Positions 30,415-40,456 of a DNA stretch of 64,000 nucleotides are shown piece by piece (position 1 is the stretch's first letter; each line of letters begins with the position of its first letter). The translations under genes and the position numbers were made by a program. Below the pieces are notes generated by a model that saw only the letters and a list, made by a program, of their open reading frames with translations, did no database searches and was not told where the DNA came from. The DNA comes from an uncultured Acidobacteriota bacterium (lineage in GTDB: Bacteria > Actinomycetota > Acidimicrobiia > Spongiisociales > ZC4RG35). The DNA lies in NCBI GenBank assembly GCA_963724825.1, contig CAVRWT010000006.1:66295-130294 (forward strand), read 5' to 3'.

Positions 30415-32493
30415 ATGAACGGTGAATCCCCCTCGATACCCAAGATCCCTGGTCGGTCCAGACGCGACCTGAGCAACCCCGGTGCGTTCCAAAGGGATTT
30501 GGTTCGCGACGCGGTTGGCGCGTCCTTCGCAAAACTGAACCCGACCACTCTCTACAAGAACCCGGTCATGTTCACGGTGGAGATCGGGGCGGTGATAAGC
30601 AGCATCATGGCCATTGTCCGCGGCACAGATGGAGATCCGGCCACTGGGGTCGGATTCGCGATCTGGATCTCGGCGTGGTTGTGGTTCACGGTGCTATTCG
30701 CCAATTTCGCCGAGGCACTGGCCGAGGCCCGTGGAAAGGCTCAAGCGGAGAGCCTGCGGGCGACCCGGGCATCGACTTCGGCGCGCCGAATCAAGAACGG
30801 CAGCTTCGAAATGGTCGACTCCACTGCCTTGCGGGCCGGCGACCTGGTCCGGGTGGAATCGGGTGAGCTCATTCCCAGCGATGGCGAAGTGGTCGAAGGC
30901 GTCGCCTTTGTCAACGAGGCCGCCATCACCGGAGAGTCGGCTCCCGTGCTCAAGGAGCCGGGCACGGACATCCGCTCGTCAGTGACCGGGGGGACAACAC
31001 TGACCTCGGACTGGCTTGTGATCAAGATCACGGCCAACCCTGGTGAGACCTTCCTCGACCGGATGATCGCGTTGGTCGAAGGCGCCAATCGCCAGAAGAC
31101 ACCAAATGAGATCGCGCTTTCCCTTCTGCTGACGGGTCTGACGCTGGTGTTCCTGGTGGTATGTGTTGCCCTGTTCCCGGTCACAACGTTGGTGACGCCG
31201 GAGAGCCCGGCCGATCCGGTCGTTCTGGTCGCCCTATTCGTGACATTGATCCCGACCACTATCGGTGGCCTGCTGTCTGCCATCGGCATTGCCGGTATGG
31301 ACCGGGTCACCAGATTCAACGTCATGGCGACCTCGGGAAAGGCGGTCGAAGCGGCCGGTGATTGCGACACATTGCTCCTCGACAAGACCGGCACCATCAC
31401 TTTTGGAAACCGGCTCGCCTCTGCCTTCTGGCCTCTGTCAGGAGTGACTGAGCAGGAGCTGGCGCAAGCCGCGGCTCGTACCTCATATGCCGACGAGACC
31501 CCGGAAGGCCGTTCGATTGTCACCCTTGCCCAGGAGAAGGGTGTCTTTGGCGAAGCGGAGCCTGGAGACGAATTCGTCGAATTCTCAGCCGCGACACGCC
31601 TGTCCGGGGTCCGTTATGCGGGTGGCGAGACGTGGAAAGGCGCGGGCACCGCGATTCGCGGCCTGGTTCCGGACGCCCCGCCCGAGTTGGAGGACCTTGC
31701 GGAGCGGGTTGCCGGCCGGGGTGCCACCCCATTGTCGGTCGCTGCCAATGGGAGGGCGCTCGGGGTGATCGAGCTCTCCGACACGGTCAAACCCGGTTTG
31801 TCGGAGCGCTTCAATCTCCTCCGCCGTCTGGGAATCCGGACCGTCATGATCACAGGCGACAACCGGCTCACCGCCTCGGTGATCGCCGAGCAAGCGGGTG
31901 TTGACGACTTTCTGGCCGAGGCAACGCCGGAGGACAAGCTCGATCTGATTCGCAAGGAACAGACCGGGGGACGTTTGGTGGCAATGACCGGTGACGGCAC
32001 AAACGATGCTCCTGCCCTGGCTCAGGCAGATGTGGGCCTCGCCATGAACTCGGGCACGGCGGCCGCCAAGGAGGCGGCCAACATGGTCGATCTCGACTCT
32101 GATCCCACGAAGATCATCGAGGTAGTCCGCATCGGCAAGGAATTGCTGATGACGAGGGGCGCCGTCACCACGTTCTCGATCGCCAATGACGTGGCTAAGT
32201 ACTTCGCCATCATCCCGGCGATGTTCGCTGCAGTCCTGCCTGCTCTCGACTCGCTCAACGTCATGAGGCTGGGAACACCGCAATCCGCGATCGTGTCGGC
32301 GGTGATATTCAACGCATTGATCATCGTGGCGCTGGTGCCGCTGTCCCTGAGGGGGGTGCGAACCAAGGCAAGAGGAGCCAGTTCGATCCTCTATCGCAAC
32401 TTGCTCATCTATGGAGTGGGCGGCCTGATTGTTCCCTTCATCGGGATCAAGGCCATCGACATGGTTCTGAATACGACTGAGTGGTTCTCATGA
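30415..32493 (+). CDS. kdpB: K+-transporting ATPase subunit B (P-type ATPase)
   Basis: [11 protein letters not shown] phosphorylation motif, [22 protein letters not shown] hinge; 692 aa. Confidence 0.95.
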   Translation: MNGESPSIPKIPGRSRRDLSNPGAFQRDLVRDAVGASFAKLNPTTLYKNPVMFTVEIGAVISSIMAIVRGTDGDPATGVGFAIWISAWLWFTVLFANFAEALAEARGKAQAESLRATRASTSARRIKNGSFEMVDSTALRAGDLVRVESGELIPSDGEVVEGVAFVNEAAITGESAPVLKEPGTDIRSSVTGGTTLTSDWLVIKITANPGETFLDRMIALVEGANRQKTPNEIALSLLLTGLTLVFLVVCVALFPVTTLVTPESPADPVVLVALFVTLIPTTIGGLLSAIGIAGMDRVTRFNVMATSGKAVEAAGDCDTLLLDKTGTITFGNRLASAFWPLSGVTEQELAQAAARTSYADETPEGRSIVTLAQEKGVFGEAEPGDEFVEFSAATRLSGVRYAGGETWKGAGTAIRGLVPDAPPELEDLAERVAGRGATPLSVAANGRALGVIELSDTVKPGLSERFNLLRRLGIRTVMITGDNRLTASVIAEQAGVDDFLAEATPEDKLDLIRKEQTGGRLVAMTGDGTNDAPALAQADVGLAMNSGTAAAKEAANMVDLDSDPTKIIEVVRIGKELLMTRGAVTTFSIANDVAKYFAIIPAMFAAVLPALDSLNVMRLGTPQSAIVSAVIFNALIIVALVPLSLRGVRTKARGASSILYRNLLIYGVGGLIVPFIGIKAIDMVLNTTEWFS

Positions 32494-33047
32494 AACAAGT
32501 GATACGTGCCTTTGTGGCTCTGATGGTCCTCACCGTCCTGCTCGGGTTCGGCTACCCCCTCCTGGTGACAGGAATCGCTGGAGTGTTCTGGGCCGACGAA
32601 GCCGGCGGCTCTTTGATCGAGCGCGACGGTGCGGTTGTCGGGAGTGAGCTGTTGGCACAGCCCTTCACCAGCGATTCCTACTTTTGGCCGCGACCGTCGG
32701 CCTCCGGGTACAACGCCAATCCGGAGCTCGATCCGAACACTCGCTCGCTCTCATATCCGTCGAATCTGGGGCCGCAGAATCCGGACTTGAAGATGGCGAT
32801 CGTCGACCTGGTCATCGCCTATGGGGACGGAGTCCCGGTTGACCTGGTTACTGGCTCCGGGTCGGCCCTCGATCCCCACATCTCAGTTGCTGCGGCACAA
32901 TGGCAAGCCCACAGGGTCGCTGCGACCCGTGGTCTCGACGAGGCTGAAGTGCTTGCTCTGATCGACCAACATATCGAGTCATGGATCGGGCGCCGTTACG
33001 TGAACGTGCTGATGTTGAATCTCGCTCTGGATCAGACCTCCGGTTGA
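32490..33047 (+). CDS. kdpC: K+-transporting ATPase subunit C
   Basis: MKQVIRAF...GYPLLVTG N-terminal TM helix, and [10 protein letters not shown], typical of KdpC. The ATG overlaps the kdpB TGA (ATGA). Confidence 0.9.
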   Translation: MKQVIRAFVALMVLTVLLGFGYPLLVTGIAGVFWADEAGGSLIERDGAVVGSELLAQPFTSDSYFWPRPSASGYNANPELDPNTRSLSYPSNLGPQNPDLKMAIVDLVIAYGDGVPVDLVTGSGSALDPHISVAAAQWQAHRVAATRGLDEAEVLALIDQHIESWIGRRYVNVLMLNLALDQTSG

Positions 33048-34196
33048 GCGCCGACCTCGAGCGAGATCAGAAGGTGGCGCGGGCTTTGGCCCGTGCCGCG
33101 GGTGACGCGGTCGACGGGCGGGGGTGGCTCACCGTTTATCTCGGCTTTGCTCCGGGGGTGGGCAAGACCTACGCGATGCTCCGAGCGGTCCACGAGCTCA
33201 AGAAGGAAGGCAAAGATGTGGTCGTTGGGTTCGTCGAGACGCACGGTCGGACCGACACTGCGGCCTTGCTCGAGGGTCTCGAGGTCCTGCCGCGAAAGGT
33301 AGTGAATCACCAGGGAGTTCCTGTTGAGGAGCTCGACCTGGAAGCAATCCTCGCCCGCGCTCCAGCGATCTGCGCCATCGACGAGCTGGCCCATACCAAT
33401 GCCCCGGGGAGCCCACGTGAGAAGCGGTATGAGGACGTCAATCTCGTTCTCGACGCGGGCATCGACGTCCTGACAACTCTCAACATCCAGCACCTCGAGA
33501 GCCTCAACGACGTCGTCGAATCCATCGCCGGCGTCAAGGTGAGGGAGCGAATCCCCGACGAGGTGCTCGATGATGCCGACGAGTTCATCCTGGTCGATGT
33601 CTCCGCAGAGGAGCTACGGGATCGGCTCCAACAGGGCAAGGTGTACCCATCGGAGTCGGCAAGGCGGGCCCTCGAGCATTTTTTCCGGCCGGGCAACCTC
33701 AATGCACTTCGTGAGCTCGCGCTGATGCGCACTGCCCGCAACGTCGAGCGAGAGCTCGGTGCATACATGTCGGCGCATGGAATCGAATCGCCCTGGCGAT
33801 CGACGGAACGGATCATGGCCTGTGTCGACGAGACCGAAACCGGGGAGACCGTGGTGCGTCGCGGATTCCGCCTCGCCAATGCATCGCGTGGCGAGTTCTT
33901 CGTGCTCACCGTCGGTCTTGACCGGGTTAGCCCCAGTCAAGTTGGCCCGATCAAGCGGACTCTTGCTATAGCCCGCGACCTGGGAGCGACGGTGGTCACG
34001 CGCGACGGAGGGGGGCGCGAGGTGGCGAGCGAGATCATCGCCGCTGCCCGAGAGCTCGAAGGCCACGCTGGTGATCATGGGCCCATCTCATCGGACTCTC
34101 TGGGAGAAGCTCCGGGGCGGTGACATCATCGACCACGTGGTGTCGGGCCTCCGCGACGTAGATGTGCTTGTCATCGGTCTGGCCGAGATCGAATAG
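33044..34196 (+). CDS. Stand-alone KdpD sensor half (KdpD N-terminal domain + Usp domain, no membrane or kinase part); 1-nt insertion at about 34061
   Basis: LTVYLGFAPGVGKTYAML (Walker-A-like), VVGFVETHGR, IDELAHTN and NIQHLESLND are the hallmark KdpD N-domain blocks, followed by a Usp-like segment. After AARELE the frame fails and the +1 frame gives ATLVIMGPSHRTLWEKLRGGDIIDHVVSGLRDVDVLVIGLAEIE, ending at the stop 34194-34196. TTG 33044 overlaps the kdpC TGA. Confidence 0.8.
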
Positions 34197-34222
34197 CCGA
34201 CTCTTGGCAGAATGGCAGCCTC

Positions 34223-34888
34223 TTGCCGACCATCCTCATCGCCGACGACGATCCCGGGCTGCTCGACACAGTGGCCATGCTGCTCGAGGCTTCTGGCTAC
34301 GAGGTGCACACCGCGGGCTCTGCGACAGAAGCACTCGACGGTTGGCCTCGCGTTCACCCCGACCTGGTGATCGTCGACCTCCATATGCCTGGTGGGGGCA
34401 TGGAGCTGGTGACCGCCATCAGCAGTCACACCTCGACTCCGGTGATCGTCCTCTCGGGCGACGTCGACGAATCGGTGAAGGTGGCCGCTCTCGATGCCGG
34501 AGCCGAGGACTATGTGACCAAGCCGTTCTCGGCAGCTGAGCTGTTGGCACGAGTCAGGGTGGCGTTGCGTCGCACTGAGCCTGGTACCAAAGCGATCACG
34601 GTTGGTGAACTGACCCTGTCAGAGCCGGAGCTGACGGCGTCCGCGGGCAAAGGGTCTGTGAAGCTGACCCCGACCGAATTCGATCTGCTCAGGGCAATGG
34701 CGCTTGCCGACAGTTTTGTGGCGACCAATGACCTGCTCAACCAGGTATGGGGCCCCGCATATCGAACCGAACAAGAGTATGTCCGTGTCTACGTCCGACG
34801 TCTGCGAGGCAAGCTCGATTCGCTCGGCCTCACCAACGCCATCGAGTCACGACCGGGGCTCGGATATCGCCTTGTGGGCAGCGAATAG
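34223..34888 (+). CDS. kdpE: OmpR-family response regulator (KdpE-like)
   Basis: REC domain (ADDD, IVDLHMPGG, VLSG, TKPF) plus a winged-helix output domain (LTPTEFDLLRAM, YVRVYVRRLRGKL, GLGYRL). It is the last gene of the kdp operon. Confidence 0.8.
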   Translation: MPTILIADDDPGLLDTVAMLLEASGYEVHTAGSATEALDGWPRVHPDLVIVDLHMPGGGMELVTAISSHTSTPVIVLSGDVDESVKVAALDAGAEDYVTKPFSAAELLARVRVALRRTEPGTKAITVGELTLSEPELTASAGKGSVKLTPTEFDLLRAMALADSFVATNDLLNQVWGPAYRTEQEYVRVYVRRLRGKLDSLGLTNAIESRPGLGYRLVGSE

Positions 34889-34891
34889 CTG

Positions 34892-37282
34892 TCAGCTATC
34901 AGTCGGACTGCTCTGGTCCGGTGAGGGAGAGGAGGTGGGTTCGGGATCCGACGAGGTCGACTCCACTGCTTCACCTTTCCTGGCGCGGCGCCAGTCGGGG
35001 TCGAGGTGGAACGGGACACTGGTCACCGCGATCCCGACCTCCGCGGCGAGGATGCCCTTGATGGCGAGCCCGGTTTGGTTGTGGAGGATCTGGGTGATTC
35101 GCCCGGGCACCACGAACTCGGGGATGACCGCGCAGATGAGCGTTCCCGGGAGGGCTCTTCGACGCCGCTCACGGAGATAGTTGACGAGTGGGTCGACGAT
35201 TTCCCGAAATGGGCTGGCAACGATCTCGAGGGGGAAGTCATACCCCGACGCCTTCCAGTGATGCTCAACACGCTCTCGTTGTGCGCTGTCGACATCGATG
35301 TGGATGGCGGTCGTCGGAGTTCCGAGACCTTGGGCATAGGTGAGAGCCTCCCGGATCGGTCTCGTCATGTCCGAGATCAGCACTACTTGCTCGACGTGGC
35401 TGATCGACATACGGGGCAGGCGGCTGCGTCGGGATCGCTTGAGCACGTTCAGGTCGGTTACCACCACCTGGGGCTCGAACAGAAGGCGCGCCTTCACGGC
35501 AAGGCTGTGTGGATGAGAGAATGGGCTGAGGATCGAGGACCACGTTCGAAGCTGTTCTCCGAGGACGACGGTGATGGCCGTATCGGGATGGGTGTCTCTT
35601 TCCTGGCGGACACGCTCCACGATCCTGCGTGAGATCGATTCGTGCTCACCTGGAAGGATCTCGAGGGGAAACGTGGGATGCACCCGATCCCAGGTGTAGA
35701 CGAGGTCGTCCGAACCCTGCTCCTCGGCATGAACACAAGTGATCGCCTCGGCGTTGAGGAGGGACACGTATTGGATAGCCCGATCGGTTCGCTCATCCGG
35801 GTGGGCCACCAACACCAGGAATCTCACTGGTCGGGGATGAGCATCGACGCGGATGTGCCTCAGTTGGGCGGCAACTCCGAGGTAGTGGCGGCGGATCGCA
35901 AGCATCAAGGACACCAGCAGCGGGATGAGAATGATCACGATCCAGGCACCGTGGGAGAACTTGACCGTGGCAACCACGATCAGGACCACCCCAGTGGTGA
36001 CCGCCCCGACGCCATTGATGACGACCGACCACCTCCAATTCGGCTCCCTGGTCTTGAGCCAATGCTTGACCATGCCGGTTTGGCTCAGGGTGAACGAAGT
36101 GAACACACCGACCACGTAGAGCTGGATGAGACGGCTCACCTCGGCCTGAAAGATCAGCAACAAGACCGAGGCGACGAATGCGAGGGTGATGACCCCGTTC
36201 GAGAAGACCAGTCGATCGCCTCGGTTCAGGTACTGACGCGGCATCAGCCTCGATCGCGCCAGGATTGCGGAGAGTCTCGGGAAGTCCTGGTAGGCAGTGT
36301 TCGCCGCCAGGATCAAGATGGCGGCGGTGAAGACCTGGAGAAGGTAGAACCCGATTCCGCCCTCGAACGTCGCCCTCCCGATCTGTGAGATGACGGTCCC
36401 GTACTCGTCGATGGTGTCCTCGGAGATGCGAACGTCGAACAACTGCGCAAGGGTCGAGATACCGAGGAACATGGTTATCGAGATCGCTCCCATGATCGCG
36501 AGCGTCCTGGCCGCGTTCTGGGCCTTTGGCGCCTTGAACGCCTGCACCCCATTGGCCACCGCCTCGACTCCGGTCAGCGCAGTCGAACCGGAGGCAAAAG
36601 CCCGGAGTATCAGAAACAGGCTGACGACGCCCAGCTCGGCCTCCAGTTCGATTCCGGACGAAACGGCCGTTGGGCATACGCCATCGAGACATTTGACGAA
36701 TCCCATCACGAGCATGATCGCCACCATCACGATGAACAGATAGGTGGGGGCCGCAAAGATCCGAGATGCCTCCCTGACCCCCCTCAGGTTGGTAACCGTG
36801 AGCAACACCACGAATCCGAGCGACAGCTCAACCCGCCACGAAATGAGACCGGGGGCTGCGGAGGTGATGGCCGCGACTCCTGCCGCCACGGAAACCGAAA
36901 CTGTGAGCACGTAGTCGATGAGGAGTGCCGCCGCGGCAACCGCCCCGGTCCGGATCCCCAGATTCTCACTGGCGACGATGAAGGCTCCTCCACCATCGGG
37001 GTATGCCCTGATCGTCTGTCGGTAGGACACGATGACGATCAGCAACAGCGTGGCAACAGCCAGCGAAACAGGGGTCAGATAGGCATATGCCGCGGTGCCG
37101 GCGAGGGCGAGCACGAGCATTGCCTCCTCGGTGGCATAGGCCACGGAGGACAGCGGGTCGGATGCGAAGACGGGAAGCGCGAACCGCTTGGGTAGGAGTT
37201 GGTGATCCTCCTCACTGGTGGCGAGCGGTCTCCCGAACAGCCTGCGCTTGGTCCAGAAACCGCGGACTGGCCTGGTGCTCAC
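34892..37282 (-). CDS. APC-superfamily permease with a large (~300 aa) C-terminal cytoplasmic domain
   Basis: 796 aa. The N-terminal ~480 aa form a 12-TM APC-like core (FASDPLSSVAYATEE, GGGAFIV). The C-terminal soluble region is of unknown function. Confidence 0.7.
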   Translation of the reverse strand: MSTRPVRGFWTKRRLFGRPLATSEEDHQLLPKRFALPVFASDPLSSVAYATEEAMLVLALAGTAAYAYLTPVSLAVATLLLIVIVSYRQTIRAYPDGGGAFIVASENLGIRTGAVAAAALLIDYVLTVSVSVAAGVAAITSAAPGLISWRVELSLGFVVLLTVTNLRGVREASRIFAAPTYLFIVMVAIMLVMGFVKCLDGVCPTAVSSGIELEAELGVVSLFLILRAFASGSTALTGVEAVANGVQAFKAPKAQNAARTLAIMGAISITMFLGISTLAQLFDVRISEDTIDEYGTVISQIGRATFEGGIGFYLLQVFTAAILILAANTAYQDFPRLSAILARSRLMPRQYLNRGDRLVFSNGVITLAFVASVLLLIFQAEVSRLIQLYVVGVFTSFTLSQTGMVKHWLKTREPNWRWSVVINGVGAVTTGVVLIVVATVKFSHGAWIVIILIPLLVSLMLAIRRHYLGVAAQLRHIRVDAHPRPVRFLVLVAHPDERTDRAIQYVSLLNAEAITCVHAEEQGSDDLVYTWDRVHPTFPLEILPGEHESISRRIVERVRQERDTHPDTAITVVLGEQLRTWSSILSPFSHPHSLAVKARLLFEPQVVVTDLNVLKRSRRSRLPRMSISHVEQVVLISDMTRPIREALTYAQGLGTPTTAIHIDVDSAQRERVEHHWKASGYDFPLEIVASPFREIVDPLVNYLRERRRRALPGTLICAVIPEFVVPGRITQILHNQTGLAIKGILAAEVGIAVTSVPFHLDPDWRRARKGEAVESTSSDPEPTSSPSPDQSSPTDS

Positions 37283-37615
37283 CCGACGCCGCTCACGATC
37301 GACGGATTGAGGTCGGCCCTATGAAGGTCTGTGGCACGACGGGCGGCGGATATCGCGACTTGGGGGTTGTCCTTGAAGCTGATCTCGGGGTTCCTGGTTG
37401 ACTGACCTTGCGAGTCCTACACGATCCGATTTGTCTCCGACAGGTCCGCGACCGGATTCATCGAGTGTTGACAGAGGGATGTCGCAACGCGTCAAATTAT
37501 CAGATGGGAGCGCGCTGGGCACGTCGAGTCGCGTCCGCCGGTTGACTGCCGGTTTCGAGCTGTCGAGAAATCCCGATTTCAGGCCCGCTAGGACCGGCTA
37601 CTCTTTCCCGCCCTC

Positions 37616-38575
37616 ATGACCAACGCCATCCTCGCCGAGGGTCTTCGCAAGGAATATGGAGAGGTCGTCGCGCTCGACGGCCTCGACCTGGCCGTGCCTG
37701 AAGGTTCGGTCATGTGCCTGCTCGGCCCCAACGGCGCCGGCAAGACGACGACCGTTCGCATCCTCACCACGCTCCTCGAGGCCACCAGCGGCAAAGCCAC
37801 AGTGGCAGGGCTCGATGTCCACGCTGACGCCGCCAAGCTCCGCGAGCGGATCGGACTGTCCGGTCAATACGCCGCGGTCGACGAGAACTTCACCGGTTTT
37901 GAGAATCTGGAGATGGTGGGAAGGCTCTATCACCTGGGCCGGGCTCGAAGTCGGGAGCGCGCCCTCGACCTGCTTGACCGTTTCGACCTAGACGAAGCCG
38001 CCGACCGTCAGGCCAAGACCTACTCGGGCGGAATGCGCCGCCGCCTCGACCTGGCCGCGGCGCTGGTGGCCCGTCCCGAGGTGATCTTCCTCGATGAGCC
38101 AACCACTGGCCTCGACCCCCGAAGCCGGCTCAGCCTGTGGGAGGTCATCGAGGAGTTGGTCAAAGAAGGTGCGACTCTTCTCCTGACCACCCACTTCCTG
38201 GACGAGGCCGATCGTCTCGCCGATTCGATCGCAGTGATCGATCACGGGCGGGTGATCGCGTTAGGCACCGCCGAGGAGCTGAAACAGCAAGTAGGCGGGG
38301 AGAGGATCGAGCTCACCGTGAAGAGCGCAGCCGACCTGGAGGCGGCCCGGGAAGTGTTGTCTTCGGTCGGGGTTGGCCAGGTCACGGTCGACGAGGATGC
38401 CCGGGATCTGGCGGTGGCTGTGGGTGTCGGCGGCGACGCGCTGATTGAGACGGTTCGAGGGCTCGACGCCCGGGGGATCAGCCCGCTGGATCTGGCCCTA
38501 CGCCGGCCCACCCTGGATGACGTGTTCCTGACTCTGACGGGTCACATGGCCGAGGAGGAGGTGGTGGACGCGTGA
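37616..38575 (+). CDS. ABC transporter ATP-binding protein (DrrA/daunorubicin-resistance type)
   Basis: GPNGAGKTT, YSGGMRRRLDLA, VIFLDEPTTGLD, and a DrrA-like C-terminal domain. Confidence 0.85.
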   Translation: MTNAILAEGLRKEYGEVVALDGLDLAVPEGSVMCLLGPNGAGKTTTVRILTTLLEATSGKATVAGLDVHADAAKLRERIGLSGQYAAVDENFTGFENLEMVGRLYHLGRARSRERALDLLDRFDLDEAADRQAKTYSGGMRRRLDLAAALVARPEVIFLDEPTTGLDPRSRLSLWEVIEELVKEGATLLLTTHFLDEADRLADSIAVIDHGRVIALGTAEELKQQVGGERIELTVKSAADLEAAREVLSSVGVGQVTVDEDARDLAVAVGVGGDALIETVRGLDARGISPLDLALRRPTLDDVFLTLTGHMAEEEVVDA

Positions 38576-39372
38576 CCGTGATGACTGCCCTGTCCGATGG
38601 CGCGGTGGTTGCCAAGCGCAACCTGCTCAAAATCACCCGGCTCCCTGACCTCTTGGTCTTCTCGACCATCCAGCCGATCATGTTCGTGCTGCTGTTCGCG
38701 TACGTGTTCGGCAGCGCGATCGAGGTGCCAGGCGTCGACTACACCGACTTCCTGATGGCTGGGATCTTCGTCCAAACCGTGGTGTTCGGCGCCACCATCA
38801 CCGGCGCCGGGCTCGCCGACGACATCAAGAAGGGGATCATCGATCGCTTTAGGTCCCTGCCGATGGCCCAATCCGCAGTCCTGATCGGTCGCACCACCAG
38901 TGACCTGCTCAACAATCTCTTGGTGGTCACCATCATGGCCTTGACCGGCTTGCTGGTTGGCTGGAGGACCCACACCCCCTTCTGGGAGGTGGTCGGCGGC
39001 TTTGCCCTGCTCCTGGCGTTTGCCTATGCCATCTCATGGATGATGGCCAGCGTCGGATTGTCGGTGAGCAGTGTCGAGGTGGTCCAGAACGCCTCGTTCA
39101 TAGTGATCTTCCCGCTGACGTTCATCTCCAATGCCTTCGTTCCCATCACCAACTTCCCTCCGGTGCTGAAGGCGTTCGCCGAGTGGAACCCGGTCTCGGC
39201 AGTGACCCAGGCGGTGCGCGAGCTATTCGGCAACGTGAATGCACTAGCTCCGCCGCCCGACGCCTGGCCGTTGCAGAACGCGGTCTTGGCCTCGTCTATC
39301 TGGATCGTGATCTTCTTGGTGGTGTTCGTTCCCTTGGCCGTGTCCCGGTACAAGAAGGCAGCCGCCCGCTGA
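38572..39372 (+). CDS. ABC-2 type transporter permease (DrrB-like)
   Basis: 266 aa with 6 predicted TM helices and ABC-2 family features (IIDRFRSLPM). There is a 4-nt overlap with the ATPase gene. Confidence 0.8.
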   Translation: MTVMTALSDGAVVAKRNLLKITRLPDLLVFSTIQPIMFVLLFAYVFGSAIEVPGVDYTDFLMAGIFVQTVVFGATITGAGLADDIKKGIIDRFRSLPMAQSAVLIGRTTSDLLNNLLVVTIMALTGLLVGWRTHTPFWEVVGGFALLLAFAYAISWMMASVGLSVSSVEVVQNASFIVIFPLTFISNAFVPITNFPPVLKAFAEWNPVSAVTQAVRELFGNVNALAPPPDAWPLQNAVLASSIWIVIFLVVFVPLAVSRYKKAAAR

Positions 39373-39451
39373 CCCGTTCGTAATGCAGGAAGCGTCGCAT
39401 GCGACGTCTGGTGCATTAGGAATCGATCCCTCTGTAATGAATTAAATAGGT

Positions 39452-39480
39452 TTGACTAGTTACACCCTCTCCGGTAATGT
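39452..39480 (+). promoter_or_regulatory. Near-consensus sigma-70/SigA-type promoter (TTGACT - 17 nt - TAATGT)
   Basis: Read directly in the lower-GC intergenic island. It lies about 40 nt upstream of the first small ORF. Confidence 0.4.
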
Positions 39481-39524
39481 AATGCTCGTAAAGAGAGATG
39501 CTCATTACGGAACAGGAGATGGTG

Positions 39525-39692
39525 ATGACTCCCTACGCTGCATATCTGATCTCCCAGGACATCCTGGATCAGCGTCGGCGCGAAGGCGATAGGGCTCGTC
39601 TGGTCAGGCAAGGTGCCCTCAAGCGCAACAAGAAGAACGGCCGCAATCGCGCGTCTTCTCAGGAGGTGACCGATGTTTCTCGCCCACTGTGA
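39525..39692 (+). CDS. Small basic protein (55 aa), unknown function
   Basis: AGGAG lies 6 nt upstream of ATG 39525. Sequence: MTPYAAYLISQDILDQRRREGDRARLVRQGALKRNKKNGRNR... (helical N-terminus, very basic C-terminus). Overlaps the next ORF by 20 nt. Confidence 0.4.
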   Translation: MTPYAAYLISQDILDQRRREGDRARLVRQGALKRNKKNGRNRASSQEVTDVSRPL

Positions 39693-39861
39693 CCATCTCG
39701 ACCGCGAGGTCATCATCTGGACTTCGAGTCTGGACGGCATCGAGAACACTGAGAACGGGATCCTGGTGAGATACCACTGTGCGTGTGGCCGCCCTGCGGA
39801 GATGTTGACCGGAGCGGCTTCGCCGGTCAGGGTTTCGGTCCATGTGGGGGCAGCTGCCTGA
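39673..39861 (+). CDS. Small Cys/His-containing protein (62 aa), unknown function
   Basis: AGGAGG lies 6 nt upstream of ATG 39673. Sequence: MFLAHCDHLDREVIIWTSSLDGIENTENGILVRYHCACGRPAEMLTG..., with a CxH...CxC arrangement suggesting a small zinc-ribbon-like fold. Confidence 0.45.
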   Translation: MFLAHCDHLDREVIIWTSSLDGIENTENGILVRYHCACGRPAEMLTGAASPVRVSVHVGAAA

Positions 39862-39870
39862 GGCTGCCCC
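39847..39870 (+). terminator. 8-bp GC hairpin overlapping the small-ORF stop codon
   Basis: GGGGCAGC-tgcctgag-GCTGCCCC. There is no U-tract, so this is weak. Confidence 0.3.
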
Positions 39871-39928
39871 TGCCCGGGTGCGCCCTGTCACCGGGAATAG
39901 CCCAGCCTTCCCAACCTTTGTAACCGGT

Positions 39929-40447
39929 ATGGCAATCAACCGACTCAACCACGCGGTGCTCTACGTGCGCGACGCCGACCGTTCGGCGAACTTCTACACC
40001 GAGAAGCTCGGCTTTAGGCGGCTGCCGCTCGAGTTTCCCGGAGCGGTCTTCCTTCAGGCCGAGGGCTCGAGCAACGACCACGATCTGGGACTGTTTTCGA
40101 TAGGCGACGGGGCGGCTGCCTCTCCTGCGGGCCGCGGCGCCGTGGGGCTCTATCACCTGGCCTGGGAGGTCGATACTTTGAATGACCTGGCGCGTCTGGC
40201 AAACGTCCTCTCCGAGTCCGGCGCCCTCGTCGGTGCGACTGACCACGGCAGCACCAAGGCCCTGTACGGACGCGATCCCGACGGCATCGAGTTCGAGATC
40301 AGTTGGCTGGTTCCGGCAGATCTCCTCGATGAGGACACCACACCCACCGCCAGACGACTCGACCTCCAGGCGGAGATCGATCGCTACGGGGCAGACACCC
40401 TCGGGGGAGTTGGTGTGAGCCGCCCCCGGATCGCTATCGACTCCTGA
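39929..40447 (+). CDS. VOC family protein (glyoxalase / extradiol dioxygenase / bleomycin-resistance fold)
   Basis: ORF 39842-40447 from MAINRLNHAVLYVRDADRSANFYTEKLGF. Also contains LYHLAWEV and DPDGIEFE. Confidence 0.8.
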   Translation: MAINRLNHAVLYVRDADRSANFYTEKLGFRRLPLEFPGAVFLQAEGSSNDHDLGLFSIGDGAAASPAGRGAVGLYHLAWEVDTLNDLARLANVLSESGALVGATDHGSTKALYGRDPDGIEFEISWLVPADLLDEDTTPTARRLDLQAEIDRYGADTLGGVGVSRPRIAIDS

Positions 40448-40456
40448 GGCAGTGCC

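Noticed and set aside
37283-37615. Long (333 nt) divergent intergenic region with three TTGAC[TA]G elements (about 37395, 37467, 37540) and ORFs 37398-37619 and 37319-37522
   Set aside because: The -10 partners are weak (the best is TTGACA-18-TCAAAT). The ORFs are low-complexity and lack an SD. I see no conserved RNA structure. These are probably just two divergent promoters, and that cannot be shown from sequence alone.
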